Shown: piece after piece, positions 11,008 through 20,860 of the stretch
How positions within the stretch are numbered: the stretch's first letter is position 1
How the letters are laid out: the number at the start of each line of letters is the position of its first letter
Source of the DNA: a bacterium
GTDB taxonomy: Bacteria; Chloroflexota; Dormibacteria; Aeolococcales; Bog-877
Assembly: GCA_021802045.1 (NCBI GenBank)
Contig: JAKABB010000002.1
Coordinates: 17,681 to 81,680 of the forward strand
Direction: 5' to 3'
DNA: 64,000 bases
Translations under genes and position numbers: made by a program
Notes under the pieces: model-generated
Seen by the model: only the letters and a program-made list of their open reading frames with translations
The model's database searches: none
What the model was told of the DNA's origin: nothing

Positions 11008-11232
11008 GTGATGCGCGCCATGCGAGTTGATGGCGGCGTCGAGGGACGGGTCCTGGAGCCTTTGCCGAACGCGCTCTTTCGGGTAGAGTTGGACGGCGGG
11101 CAGCGGATCTTGGCGCACGCCGCCGGGAGGGCCCGTCTCGCCAGCGTCCGAATCCTTCCTGGGGACCGGGTCTTGGTCGCACGGTCGACCGCGGACCCGG
11201 GCCGGGGGCGGATCCTGGCCCGACTGGCATGA
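11008..11232 (+). CDS. infA: translation initiation factor IF-1
   Basis: 74 aa S1-like OB fold. ...[26 protein letters not shown]...ILPGDRV matches the IF-1 consensus. Confidence 0.85.
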   Translation: MMRAMRVDGGVEGRVLEPLPNALFRVELDGGQRILAHAAGRARLASVRILPGDRVLVARSTADPGRGRILARLA

Positions 11233-11270
11233 TCGGGACGGATGGACTCACGAACACGGGTAGAGAGCTG

Positions 11271-11384
11271 GTGAAGGTGCGGGCGTCGGTGAAGCGGATC
11301 TGCGACAAGTGCAAGGTCATCCGCCGCGCCGGCGTGGTGCGGGTCATCTGCGAGAACCCCAAGCACAAGCAGCGTCAGGGATAG
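11271..11384 (+). CDS. rpmJ: 50S ribosomal protein L36
   Basis: Missed by the ORF track. A GTG-start 37-aa [40 protein letters not shown], is a canonical Zn-ribbon L36 between infA and rpsM. Confidence 0.85.
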   Translation: MKVRASVKRICDKCKVIRRAGVVRVICENPKHKQRQG

Positions 11385-11397
11385 GAGGCCGAAGCGA

Positions 11398-11781
11398 GTG
11401 GCACGAATCGCCGGGGTCGACATCCCCCGCGACAAGCGGGTTGAGATCGCGCTGACCTACATATACGGCATCGGGCTGCACACCAGCCAGCGGGTGCTGC
11501 GGATCGCCAACGTCGACGCCAACATTCGCGTCAGCAACCTCACCGAGGCCCAGGTGGCCCGCCTTCGGGACGTGATCGGCAAGGATCTCGCCGGTCGGGT
11601 CGAGGGTGACCTGCGCCGCCAGGTGGCGCTGAACATCAAGCGGCTGATGGAGATCGGCACCTACCGCGGACTTAGACACCGACGCGGTCTCCCGGTCCGC
11701 GGGCAGCGCACCCGAACCAACGCCCGGGCGCGCCGGGGACCGAAGAAGACCGTTGGTGTGCGACGGAAGAAGGGCAAGTGA
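11398..11781 (+). CDS. rpsM: 30S ribosomal protein S13
   Basis: 127 aa. [26 protein letters not shown]... is S13. Confidence 0.9.
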   Translation: MARIAGVDIPRDKRVEIALTYIYGIGLHTSQRVLRIANVDANIRVSNLTEAQVARLRDVIGKDLAGRVEGDLRRQVALNIKRLMEIGTYRGLRHRRGLPVRGQRTRTNARARRGPKKTVGVRRKKGK

Positions 11782-11840
11782 TCGGCGTGGCGCACGCGCT
11801 GGGGATGGCCCGGCGCCCTGCGTGCGCCTCCTAGGGAGCA

Positions 11841-12239
11841 TTGGTGGCGAAGAAGAAGAAGGTTGTCCGGACCCGGCGCCGGGAGCGGAAGAACATCGCG
11901 GTCGGCCAGGCCCACATCCAGGCCACCTTCAACAACACGATCGTGACCCTCACCGACCCCCAGGGCAACGTCATCACCTGGGGGAGCGCAGGAGGGCAGG
12001 GCTTCAAGGGGTCGCGGAAGAGCACGCCCTTTGCCGCCCAGGTGACGGCCGAGGCCACCGCCCGCCGGGCCCAGGAGCACGGCCTGCGCACCGTCGAGGT
12101 CTTCGTGAAGGGGCCGGGCGCGGGGCGCGAGGCGGCGATCCGGTCACTGCAGGCCACCGGGCTGGAGATCAGTGCCATCAGTGACGTCACCCCGATCCCG
12201 CACAACGGCTGCCGGCCACCCAAGCGGCGACGGGTCTAG
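11841..12239 (+). CDS. rpsK: 30S ribosomal protein S11
   Basis: 132 aa. ...[24 protein letters not shown]... is S11. Confidence 0.9.
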   Translation: MVAKKKKVVRTRRRERKNIAVGQAHIQATFNNTIVTLTDPQGNVITWGSAGGQGFKGSRKSTPFAAQVTAEATARRAQEHGLRTVEVFVKGPGAGREAAIRSLQATGLEISAISDVTPIPHNGCRPPKRRRV

Positions 12240-12247
12240 GGGACGTC

Positions 12248-12874
12248 ATGGCTAATGTTCACGAGCCGGTCTGCCGTCTGTGCCGCCGCGAAGGGGTGAA
12301 GCTCTTCCTCAAGGGCGACAAGTGCGTGGGGGAGCGTTGCACCTTCACCAAGCGCAACGCCACCCCGCCGGGTCAGCACGGGCTGGCGCGGCGTCGACGG
12401 GTGAGCGAGTACGGGGTGCAGCTTCGAGCCAAGCAGCGTGCGCGCCGCATCTACGGGGTCCTGGAGGCGCAGTTCCGGATCTACTTCGATGCCGCCGCCC
12501 AGAGCAAGGGCATCACCGGAGTCCTCCTGCTGCAGACCCTTGAGCGGCGCTTGGACAACGTTGTCTACCGGGCGGGCCTGGCCTCGTCGCGCCAGGAGGC
12601 CAGGCAGCTGGTCGGCCACCGGCACTTCAAGGTCAATGGGCGGCCGGTGAACATTCCCAGCTACCAGGTGCGTCCGGGTGAGGTCATCACCGTTCGCGAG
12701 CGGAGCCATCAGTTGGAGCCCTTTCAGCGTGCGGTCGCCGGCAGCCGGTCGGTGCCAGCCTGGCTGGCGGTGATGCCCGAGTCTCTGCGCGTCGACGTGG
12801 TGCGGCAGCCGGAGCGGCAGGAGATGGACACCACCATCGACGAGCAGCTGATCGTCGAGTACTACTCCCGGTAG
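12248..12874 (+). CDS. rpsD: 30S ribosomal protein S4
   Basis: 208 aa. N-terminal Cys cluster CRLCRREG.KLFLKGDKC plus an S4 domain. Confidence 0.9.
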   Translation: MANVHEPVCRLCRREGVKLFLKGDKCVGERCTFTKRNATPPGQHGLARRRRVSEYGVQLRAKQRARRIYGVLEAQFRIYFDAAAQSKGITGVLLLQTLERRLDNVVYRAGLASSRQEARQLVGHRHFKVNGRPVNIPSYQVRPGEVITVRERSHQLEPFQRAVAGSRSVPAWLAVMPESLRVDVVRQPERQEMDTTIDEQLIVEYYSR

Positions 12875-12918
12875 TGGACGAGCAGCGCGTTCACGCATCC
12901 ATGAGGACCTCCTGACCC

Positions 12919-13890
12919 ATGCTGGATACCCCTGTACTCCCCACAGTCCGCGAGGTCGAGACCTCGCACAATTTCGGCCGCTTCGAGATCGAGCCGCTGG
13001 AGCCTGGCTATGGCACCACGTTGGGCAACTCCCTGCGACGGGTGCTCCTCTCCTCGCTGCCTGGGGCCGCTGTGACGGCGGTGGCGATCGACGGGGTCTC
13101 CCACGAGTTCGCGGTCATACCCCATGTGAAAGAGGATGTCGGCGAGATCCTCCTCAACATCAAGGGGCTGAGCTTGGTCTGCCACGCGCCGGAGGGGGCC
13201 AGGGTCACGCTTGACGTCACCGGACCGCGCCGGGTCACTGCGGCCGATATCGAGCCAACGGCCGACGTGGAGATCATCAACCCCGACCTCTACCTGTGCT
13301 CGATCGACAGCAAGGACGGTCGGCTGCGGATGGAGCTGACGGTGGAGCGTGGCAAGGGCTACGCCACGGCTGAGAAGAACAAGAAAGAGGGGCAGCCCAT
13401 CGGCGTGATGCCGCTGGATGCCATCTTCACCCCGGTGGTGAAGGCCAATTTCCTAATCGAGCGGACCCGGGTCGGGCAGGACACGGACTGGGAGAAGCTC
13501 GGCCTGGAGGTCTGGACCGACGGGACGATCAGTCCGGTGGACGCGGTCAGCCAGGCGGCGAGCTACTACACCTCCCATCTCGAGCTCTTCGTGCGCTTCG
13601 GCGAGAGCCTGGCGCCGGTCGCACCGGTGGGCCGCCCGGGCGCGGACGCTCCCAGCCGCCTCGCCGAGGTCCCGGTTGAGGAGTTGGAGCTCAGCGTTCG
13701 GGCCCTCAACTGCCTTAAGGCCAACGAGATCGGAACGGTCGGACAGCTGATCGGGATGCGCCAGGAGGAGCTCCTGGCTCTGCGCAATTTCGGCTTCAAG
13801 TCCCTGGAGGAGATCAAGGAGAAGCTCGTCGAGCGTGGGTTCGTCGCCGCCGGCGAGGTGGACTCCCTCTTCCAGACCGGGGCGCGGTAG
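12919..13890 (+). CDS. rpoA: DNA-directed RNA polymerase subunit alpha
   Basis: 323 aa with N-terminal and C-terminal alpha-subunit domains (...LELSVRALNCLK...). Confidence 0.95.
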   Translation: MLDTPVLPTVREVETSHNFGRFEIEPLEPGYGTTLGNSLRRVLLSSLPGAAVTAVAIDGVSHEFAVIPHVKEDVGEILLNIKGLSLVCHAPEGARVTLDVTGPRRVTAADIEPTADVEIINPDLYLCSIDSKDGRLRMELTVERGKGYATAEKNKKEGQPIGVMPLDAIFTPVVKANFLIERTRVGQDTDWEKLGLEVWTDGTISPVDAVSQAASYYTSHLELFVRFGESLAPVAPVGRPGADAPSRLAEVPVEELELSVRALNCLKANEIGTVGQLIGMRQEELLALRNFGFKSLEEIKEKLVERGFVAAGEVDSLFQTGAR

Positions 13891-13896
13891 GCAGAG

Positions 13897-14250
13897 ATGC
13901 GTCACCGGAAGGCGGGCCGAAAGTTTGGGCGTCCAAGCGACGAGCGTCGGGCCATGACCCGTACTCAGGTCACCCAGTTGCTGGAGTACGGCAGGATCGA
14001 GACCACCGAGGCCCGTGCCAAGGAGTTGCGGCGGTGGGCGGACCGGATCATCACCACCGCCAAGGCGGACGACCTCCACGCCCGGCGCCTGGTCGCCCGG
14101 GTCTTGACCAAGCGAGAGGTCCAGCTCAAGCTGTTCTCCACCCTCATCGCTCGGTACGCAGAACGTCCCGGCGGGTACACCCGGATCATTCCCAAGGGCC
14201 CACGCCACGGGGATGGCGCGCCCATGGTTCTGATGGAGCTGGTGGACTGA
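13897..14250 (+). CDS. rplQ: 50S ribosomal protein L17
   Basis: 117 aa. MRHRKAGRKFGRPSDERRAM... is L17. Confidence 0.9.
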   Translation: MRHRKAGRKFGRPSDERRAMTRTQVTQLLEYGRIETTEARAKELRRWADRIITTAKADDLHARRLVARVLTKREVQLKLFSTLIARYAERPGGYTRIIPKGPRHGDGAPMVLMELVD

Positions 14251-14252
14251 GA

Positions 14253-15041
14253 GTGGAGTTGGAGCCAGTCGCCTCCTCCGATCAGTACCGCCTTACGCTG
14301 CAGTACGACGGCACCGGCTACGCGGGCTGGCAGGCCCAGCCGGACCGGCCCACGGTGGAGGCGGCGTTGCTGCGTGCCCTCACCCTGGCCACCGGGGAGC
14401 GCCCGCTGCTGGTTGCGGCCGGGCGCACCGATGCTGGAGCCCATGCCCACGGGCAGGTGGTGTCCCTGCGGCTGCGGCGCGCGTGGGACCCGCGCCGGCT
14501 GCAGGCGGCGTGCAACGCCCATCTTCCCGAGGACATCGTCATCCGCCGTGCGGAGCTCGTCCCGGCGGGATTTCATGCCCGCTTCTCCGCTCTGCGGCGC
14601 ACCTATCGCTACCTCGTGGTCACGGACACCGTGCCGGCGGCGGTGGGACGGAACTACGTCTGGCGGGTCCGCGGACCGCTCGACCTCGCCCTGATGCGGG
14701 AGATCGCGCGGGCTTTCGAGGGACGCCACGACCTGCGGGCCTTCGGTCAGAGTCCGCGGCCCGGCGGGTCGACCGAGCGTACCGTGCATTGGGTGCGGAT
14801 CCGTCGGCTGGGGCGACAGGTCTGCTTCGAGGTGTGCGCCGATGCCTTCCTGCGTGGGATGCTGCGCAGCATGGTTGGGGCTTTGGTCGCGGTCGGCGAG
14901 GGGCGCGTCCCCCCATCGGTGGTCCTGGGGTCCCTGCGTCGCCCCGACGTGCCCCGCGTCCCCTGGCCAGTGGCACCGGCCCGGGGCATCCACCAGTGGG
15001 CGGTCGAGTATCAGGACGTCCAGGATGGGAGAACGGCGTGA
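14253..15041 (+). CDS. truA: tRNA pseudouridine(38-40) synthase
   Basis: GTG start after rplQ. Contains the TruA motif ...AGRTDAGAHA.GQVV... The longer six-frame ORF upstream of it is an artefact. Confidence 0.85.
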   Translation: MELEPVASSDQYRLTLQYDGTGYAGWQAQPDRPTVEAALLRALTLATGERPLLVAAGRTDAGAHAHGQVVSLRLRRAWDPRRLQAACNAHLPEDIVIRRAELVPAGFHARFSALRRTYRYLVVTDTVPAAVGRNYVWRVRGPLDLALMREIARAFEGRHDLRAFGQSPRPGGSTERTVHWVRIRRLGRQVCFEVCADAFLRGMLRSMVGALVAVGEGRVPPSVVLGSLRRPDVPRVPWPVAPARGIHQWAVEYQDVQDGRTA

Positions 15042-15511
15042 TGGTGAGTAGCGGGCAGCGGACGTACTCGGCGCCGGTCGGCGCGATCGAGCCGCGCTGG
15101 TACCTGGTGGACGCCCGTGGTCAGACCCTGGGCCGGCTGGCCGTGAACATCGCCCGCGTCCTGCGGGGCAAGCATCGCCCCGAGTACACCCCCCACGTCC
15201 TGTGCGGGGACCAGGTGGTGGTCATCAACGCCCGGGAAGTGGTGGTGACCGGTCGCAAGCACTCGCAGAAGATTTATGACCGCTATAGCGGCTATCCCGG
15301 GGGAAGGCGCGAGCGGACGTTCGATCAGCAGATGGAGCGGGATGCGGCGGTGCCGCTGCGGCGGGCGGTGCGGGGCATGCTCCAGCACAACACCCTGGGA
15401 GCGGCGGAGCTGGGGCGACTGCGGGTCTACCCCGGTGCCGAGCACCCCCATGCGGCCCAGGGGCCGACTCCGATCACCTTCGGCGACCACGGGGAGGTCC
15501 TGGCATCGTGA
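15041..15511 (+). CDS. rplM: 50S ribosomal protein L13
   Basis: ATG at 15041 overlaps the truA stop. ...[28 protein letters not shown]... is L13. Confidence 0.9.
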   Translation: MVSSGQRTYSAPVGAIEPRWYLVDARGQTLGRLAVNIARVLRGKHRPEYTPHVLCGDQVVVINAREVVVTGRKHSQKIYDRYSGYPGGRRERTFDQQMERDAAVPLRRAVRGMLQHNTLGAAELGRLRVYPGAEHPHAAQGPTPITFGDHGEVLAS

Positions 15512-15909
15512 CAGACGGCGAGCGCCGCTACGCCTATGGAACCGGCCGTCGCAAGACGGCCATCGCCCGCGTGCGGGTCTACCCCGGGCAGGGAACGATC
15601 TCGATCAACGACCGCGAGCCGCTGCGCCACTTCGGCCGCAGTGACCTGGAGCAGGCGGCCCTGCGCCCGCTCCAGGTCACCCAGACCGCTTCACGTGTCC
15701 ACGTCCTGGTCAAGGTCGAGGGCGGGGGGATCTCCGGTCAGGCTGGGGCCGTGGCACACGGCCTGGCCCGGGCGCTCTGCGTGGTCGACCCCGGCCTCCG
15801 GGGCGTGCTCAAGGCAGCCGGCCTGCTTCGGCGTGATCCCCGCGAGAAGGAGCGCAAGAAGTACGGACTGAAGCGGGCCCGCAAGGCGCCCCAGTACACC
15901 AAGCGCTAG
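15508..15909 (+). CDS. rpsI: 30S ribosomal protein S9
   Basis: 133 aa, ends ...RKAPQYTKR as S9 does. Confidence 0.9.
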   Translation: MTDGERRYAYGTGRRKTAIARVRVYPGQGTISINDREPLRHFGRSDLEQAALRPLQVTQTASRVHVLVKVEGGGISGQAGAVAHGLARALCVVDPGLRGVLKAAGLLRRDPREKERKKYGLKRARKAPQYTKR

Positions 15910-16029
15910 GCCGCCCGCAGCCGACGACCCCAAGCTCGAACTCCGGCCCATCTCCGGATGCCGCGTCGGTGCGGTGGCGGACGGTCGCGGCCAGGGGGGC
16001 ACGTATACTGGGGATGGAACTCGGCCGCC

Positions 16030-16986
16030 GTGAGTAGGCAGCAGAACGTCTTGGAACACCGGCTGCGGGGGCGTGACTTTCTGGCTGTCGCCGACCTCAC
16101 GGCCGGCGAGGTGTCCGGTCTGCTCGACCTGGCAATCGCCTATAAGCGAGGGGCCGAGCCCGGCCACCCGCTGGCCGGTCGCTCGGTGGCCATGATCTTC
16201 CTGCGGCCGAGCAACCGGACCCGGGTGTCGTTCGAGGTCGGGATCTCGCGTCTCGGGGGCCACCCAATCGCGCTCTTCGATCGTGAGATCGAGTTGGGGC
16301 GCCGCGAGTCCGTGGCGGACGTGGCCCGCATCCTCGACGGCTTCGTCGATGGCCTGGTGGTGCGGGTGCCGTCGCATCGGGACCTGCTGGGCCTGGCCGA
16401 GCACATGCGCCACCCGGTCATCAACGCCATGACCGACCAGGGCCACCCCTGCCAGATCCTGGCCGACTGCCTCACCGTTCGCGAGCTGCTGGGCGGCCTG
16501 GCGGGCCACCGGGTGACGTTCATCGGGGACGGCAACAACGTCTGCAACTCCTGGATCGAGGGGGCCAACCTCCTGGGCCTCGATCTGCGGGTCGTGACCC
16601 CGGCGGGCCACGAGCCGAGCGCCGCGGTCCTGGGGGCGAGCGAGCGGCTGGGCCCGGGGCGGGTCTCGGTCACCAACAGCCTGGACGAGGGGTTGGAGGC
16701 CACCGAGATCATCTACACCGATGTCTGGACCAGCATGGGCCAGGAGGCCGAGCACGAGCAGCGGCGCGAGGACTTCGGGCCGTACCAGGTGAACGGCGAA
16801 CTCCTGCGCCGGGCACCGGCCGGGGTGCGGGTCCTGCACTGCCTGCCGGCCCATCGGGGGGAGGAGATCACGGACGAGGTCCTGGACGGTCCCCAGGCCG
16901 CCGTCTTCCAGCAGGCGGAGAACCGGCTGTGGGCGCAGCAGGCGCTCTTGGCGGCGCTCTTCGCCCCCGCGGACGCCGCCCCGTGA
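16030..16986 (+). CDS. argF: ornithine carbamoyltransferase
   Basis: GTG start at 16030. Carbamoyl-phosphate site SNRTR, ornithine site HCLP, and HPCQ motif are all present. Confidence 0.85.
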   Translation: MSRQQNVLEHRLRGRDFLAVADLTAGEVSGLLDLAIAYKRGAEPGHPLAGRSVAMIFLRPSNRTRVSFEVGISRLGGHPIALFDREIELGRRESVADVARILDGFVDGLVVRVPSHRDLLGLAEHMRHPVINAMTDQGHPCQILADCLTVRELLGGLAGHRVTFIGDGNNVCNSWIEGANLLGLDLRVVTPAGHEPSAAVLGASERLGPGRVSVTNSLDEGLEATEIIYTDVWTSMGQEAEHEQRREDFGPYQVNGELLRRAPAGVRVLHCLPAHRGEEITDEVLDGPQAAVFQQAENRLWAQQALLAALFAPADAAP

Positions 16987-17858
16987 CCACGCTAGGGGCC
17001 ACCGTCAACGTGGGCCAGGTGCTGCGAGTTCTCCTCCAGACGGTGGGGTGGCGGGACATCGTCGACATCGCGATCGTCACCTTCCTCATCTATCGGCTGC
17101 TGATCCTGATCCGGGGCACCCAGGCCGTGCAGCTGCTCCTGGGGTTGCTGGTCATCGGCGCCCTCGGGGTGGTGGCCGACATCCTGAACTTGCCGGTCCT
17201 CAGCTTCCTGTACCGCAACGGCGGTCAGATCGTGCTGATCGCCGTGATCGTGCTCTTCCAGCCGGAGTTGCGACGCGCGCTGGACCAGATGGGCCGCCTG
17301 GGACGGATCCGCTACGGCCGGCTGCCCCGGAACGGGGTCGAACTCCGGCGCGAGGTCGATGAGCTGGTTCGGGCGGCGGTGCGGCTCAGCGAGCGGAGGG
17401 TGGGGGCCCTCATCGTGCTGCAGGCGAGCAGTGGGCTGGAGGAGGTGTCGATGACCGGGGTCCGGCTGGAGGCGGTGCTGAGCGCGGAAGCCCTGCTCAC
17501 CATCTTCTTCCCCAATTCACCCCTCCACGACGGCGCGGTCGTCGTGCGGGACGGGCGGCTGGTGGCGGCGGGGTGTGTCCTGCCCCTGGCAGACCAGATG
17601 GGGGGCGTGGAGCGCGTGGGTACTCGACACCGGGCTGCGGTCGGGCTGAGCCAGACCACGGATGCGGCGATCCTGGTGATCTCTGAGGAGACCGGGCAGA
17701 TCAGCGTGGCCCAGGGCGGCACCCTCGTCCGCGGGCTCGACGCGCCCGCGCTGGCGACGACCCTGGGCCGGCTCTTGGGGCTGCCGCTCGCCGAGGGCTC
17801 GCACCGCGCACTGCGGATCCGGCCTCGCCCCCGGGCCACGCCCGTCGAGCGCTCCTGA
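16983..17858 (+). CDS. cdaA: diadenylate cyclase CdaA (membrane-anchored DAC domain)
   Basis: GTG overlaps the argF stop. N-terminal TM helices followed by a DisA_N/DAC domain (...DGAVVVRDGRLVAAGCVLPL...RHRAAVGLSQTTDAAILVISEETG...). Confidence 0.8.
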   Translation: MTTLGATVNVGQVLRVLLQTVGWRDIVDIAIVTFLIYRLLILIRGTQAVQLLLGLLVIGALGVVADILNLPVLSFLYRNGGQIVLIAVIVLFQPELRRALDQMGRLGRIRYGRLPRNGVELRREVDELVRAAVRLSERRVGALIVLQASSGLEEVSMTGVRLEAVLSAEALLTIFFPNSPLHDGAVVVRDGRLVAAGCVLPLADQMGGVERVGTRHRAAVGLSQTTDAAILVISEETGQISVAQGGTLVRGLDAPALATTLGRLLGLPLAEGSHRALRIRPRPRATPVERS

Positions 17859-17866
17859 GGGCTGGC

Positions 17867-18850
17867 GTGGGTCTCCTGGCCGGCACCTTCCGCCTCAAAC
17901 TGATCGCCCTGGGCGTGGCGCTGGGGATGTGGGTGGCCGTGGTCTACGTCCCCAACCCCCCGGAGATCCGGACGGTGGACGTCCCGGTGACCACCTCGCT
18001 GCTTCGCGCCAACCTGGTGCTGCTCCACCCGGTCGGGCGTCTGCCGGTCAAGGTCGCCGGCCTGGCCGCGAACGTGGCCTCCCGGCGCGTGGGCCAGCAG
18101 CTGACCGCCTCGCTCGACCTCCACGCCATCCGGCGGGCGGGCGTGTACAACCTGCCGGTGCGCGTGGTGAACACGGATCCCAACGTCGCCATCTGGTCGC
18201 ACCCGCCCCGCGTCACCGTGGTGGTGGACCAGTTGGCCGAGGTGCATCTGCCGGTGCACGTGACGGTGACCCACTCGCCCCCACCCGGCTACGTCTTCGA
18301 CGGCGCCAAGACGAGCACCAGCCCGGCCGCTGCGACTGTCAGCGGCCCCGCCACCCTCCTTGGGGGGCTGAGCGCCAGCATCAACGCCGACCTCTCCAAG
18401 CTGCGGGCCACGACGACCGAGAGCCTGGCGGTCATCCTGACCCGTGACGGCCGGCCGGCCAAGGGCTTCACGGTGGTCCCCACCTTCGTCAGCGTGCAGC
18501 TGGTGATCGCCTCCCGGACCACGCCGCGGACGGTGGCCGTGACCCTGGGAACGATCGGCCCGCCACCCACCGGCTACCAGATCGTGTCGGTGCAGTACGC
18601 CCCGCTGACGGTGATCGCCACCGGTACCCCGGCCGCGCTCAACGGCCTGACCGGCCTCGTCACCGGGTCGCTCTCGCTGGCCGGGGCCACCGGCACCTTC
18701 ACGGAGACGGTCCGCCTGGTGATCCCCACGGACATCTCGGTCTCCCGGCAGCTGGTCAGTGTCACCTTCACCCTGAAGAAGATCCCCATCCCCAAGGCGA
18801 CGCGGACGCCGACGCCGACGCCTTCGCCTTCGCCCTCGGTCTCGCCGTAG
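17867..18850 (+). CDS. cdaR: CdaA regulatory protein CdaR (YbbR-like repeats)
   Basis: N-terminal TM helix, repeated YbbR-like beta domains, and a Pro/Thr/Ser-rich tail. Immediately downstream of cdaA, as in cdaAR operons. Confidence 0.7.
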   Translation: MGLLAGTFRLKLIALGVALGMWVAVVYVPNPPEIRTVDVPVTTSLLRANLVLLHPVGRLPVKVAGLAANVASRRVGQQLTASLDLHAIRRAGVYNLPVRVVNTDPNVAIWSHPPRVTVVVDQLAEVHLPVHVTVTHSPPPGYVFDGAKTSTSPAAATVSGPATLLGGLSASINADLSKLRATTTESLAVILTRDGRPAKGFTVVPTFVSVQLVIASRTTPRTVAVTLGTIGPPPTGYQIVSVQYAPLTVIATGTPAALNGLTGLVTGSLSLAGATGTFTETVRLVIPTDISVSRQLVSVTFTLKKIPIPKATRTPTPTPSPSPSVSP

Positions 18851-19026
18851 CGCGGCCGCCGTAGGGGGCGGCAGCCGGGGGCGGCGCCGCCCTGTACCCT
18901 CTAGGGGCGCGGCGCCAGCGGACTCGCCCGGGGCCGGGAGCGGCTCCTCCCCCCTCGCGGCCCCGGGCGGGCCACACCGGGTCGGGCGCCGGAGAGGTCA
19001 GCGGCAGCTGCTGAGGAGCACCGGAC

Positions 19027-20859
19027 ATGTGCGGCATCATCGGGTACCTGGGACCGCAGGCCGCCGAGCCGATCCTGCTGGAGAGCCTGCGGCGGCTGGA
19101 GTACCGCGGCTACGACTCCGCGGGCATCGCGGTCCTGGACCGGCAGGGGGCGCCAACCTCGGTCAAGTGCGAGGGCAAGGTGGCGGCCCTGCTGGAGCGG
19201 CTCGAGGGCCGTTCCCTGCCCGGCCAGGTGGGCATGGGTCACACCCGCTGGGCCACCCACGGGCGACCGAGCGAGATCAATGCCCACCCGCACACGGACT
19301 GCGACGGACGGTTCTACGTCATCCACAACGGGATCATCGAGAACTTCCAGGAGCTGCGCGAGGAGCTGCTGGCGGCGGGGCATCGCTTCCTGTCCGAAGG
19401 CGACACCGAGGTCATCCCGCACCTGATCGAGCAGGCCTATGCCGGGGACCTGGTCGACGCCACCCGGACCGCCCTCCGCCGTCTCCGGGGTGCGTTCGCG
19501 GTGGTGGTCCTGGGATCGACCGATCCCGACACCCTGATCGGGGCCCGACTCAACGCGCCGCTGGTGGTCGGGGTGGGGGAGCGGGAGTGGTTCCTGTGCT
19601 CCGACATCCCGGCCATCCTGCCCTACACCCGCCAGGTCCTGGTCCTGGGGGAGGGCGAGATGGCCGTCATCAGTCCGGTGGGCCCGGTGGTCAGCACCAT
19701 CGCCGATGGCGCCGAGGTCGAGCCCCGGGTCATCCGGGTCGAGTGGGACGTGCTGGCGGCCCAGAAGGGCGGGTACCCCACTTTCATGCGCAAGGAGATG
19801 GACGAGCAGCCCGCCGCGGTGGAGAACGCCCTCCGGGGCCGGCTGCTGGACAGCGGGGAGGTCCGCTTCCCCGACTGGGATCCACCCCCGGCGGTGGCCG
19901 CCGGTTGGACTCGCGTTCGCATCGTGGGCGCGGGCTCCGCCTACTACGCGGGCCTGGTCGCCAAGTACGCCATCGAGGAGTTGTCCGGGATCCCGGTGGA
20001 GGTGGAGACCGCCTCGGAGTTCCGCTACCGGCCGACGGTGGTGGACGCCCGCACCCTGACCGTGGCGATCTCACAGTCCGGCGAGACGGCGGACACCCTG
20101 GCGGCGGCGCGCGAGTCGCGCGCGCGCGGGAGCCATGTCGTGGCCCTGACCAACGTCGTGGCCAGCTCCTTGGCCCTAGAGGCTGACGGCGTCGTCAATC
20201 TCCACGCCGGACCGGAGATCGGCGTGGTGGCCACCAAGACGTTCGTCACCCAGGCCGCCTGCGGGATCCTGCTGGGGCTGCACCTGGCGGGGCGCGCCAA
20301 GTCCCTGGACCGCCCAGCCGCCCGGGCGGTGGTCGCCGGCCTGCGGGCCGTGGCCCCGGCCCAGCGGCTGGTGCTGGCGGGCGCCGAGCGTCTGGCCGTC
20401 CTCGGCGGCGTCATCGCCGACCACCCGGCGGTGCTGTTCATCGGCCGCGGGATCAACTATCCGACGGCCCTGGAGGGCGCCCTCAAGCTGAAGGAGATCT
20501 CCTACCAGCACGCGGAGGGCTACCCGGCCGGCGAGTTGAAGCACGGGCCGATCGCGCTCCTGGACCGCAGCATGCCGGTGGTGGCCTTTGCCACGGCCGG
20601 GCGGACCAGGGACAAGATGCGCAGCAACATCGAGCAGGTGCGGGCCCGACAGAGCCCGGTCATCGCCATCGTCAGTGCCGGCGACGACAGTCTGCGGGGC
20701 GTGGCCACCGAGCTGATCTCGGTCCCAGAGGTGCCCGAGCTGGTGTCGCCCATGGTCAACGTCGTTGTGGCCCAGCTCCTGGCCTACCATGCGGCCCTGG
20801 TGCGCGGTTGCGACGTCGACCAGCCCCGCAACCTGGCCAAGTCGGTCACCGTCGAGTGA
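19027..20859 (+). CDS. glmS: glutamine--fructose-6-phosphate aminotransferase
   Basis: Starts MCGIIGY (Ntn Cys). 610 aa with two SIS domains and ends ...VTVE. Confidence 0.95.
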   Translation: MCGIIGYLGPQAAEPILLESLRRLEYRGYDSAGIAVLDRQGAPTSVKCEGKVAALLERLEGRSLPGQVGMGHTRWATHGRPSEINAHPHTDCDGRFYVIHNGIIENFQELREELLAAGHRFLSEGDTEVIPHLIEQAYAGDLVDATRTALRRLRGAFAVVVLGSTDPDTLIGARLNAPLVVGVGEREWFLCSDIPAILPYTRQVLVLGEGEMAVISPVGPVVSTIADGAEVEPRVIRVEWDVLAAQKGGYPTFMRKEMDEQPAAVENALRGRLLDSGEVRFPDWDPPPAVAAGWTRVRIVGAGSAYYAGLVAKYAIEELSGIPVEVETASEFRYRPTVVDARTLTVAISQSGETADTLAAARESRARGSHVVALTNVVASSLALEADGVVNLHAGPEIGVVATKTFVTQAACGILLGLHLAGRAKSLDRPAARAVVAGLRAVAPAQRLVLAGAERLAVLGGVIADHPAVLFIGRGINYPTALEGALKLKEISYQHAEGYPAGELKHGPIALLDRSMPVVAFATAGRTRDKMRSNIEQVRARQSPVIAIVSAGDDSLRGVATELISVPEVPELVSPMVNVVVAQLLAYHAALVRGCDVDQPRNLAKSVTVE

Positions 20860-20860
20860 C

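Noticed and set aside
18851-19026. glmS ribozyme upstream of glmS
   Set aside because: The intergenic region has a GCGCCAG-like stretch but lacks the conserved GACGAGG core and pseudoknot elements. There is no support.
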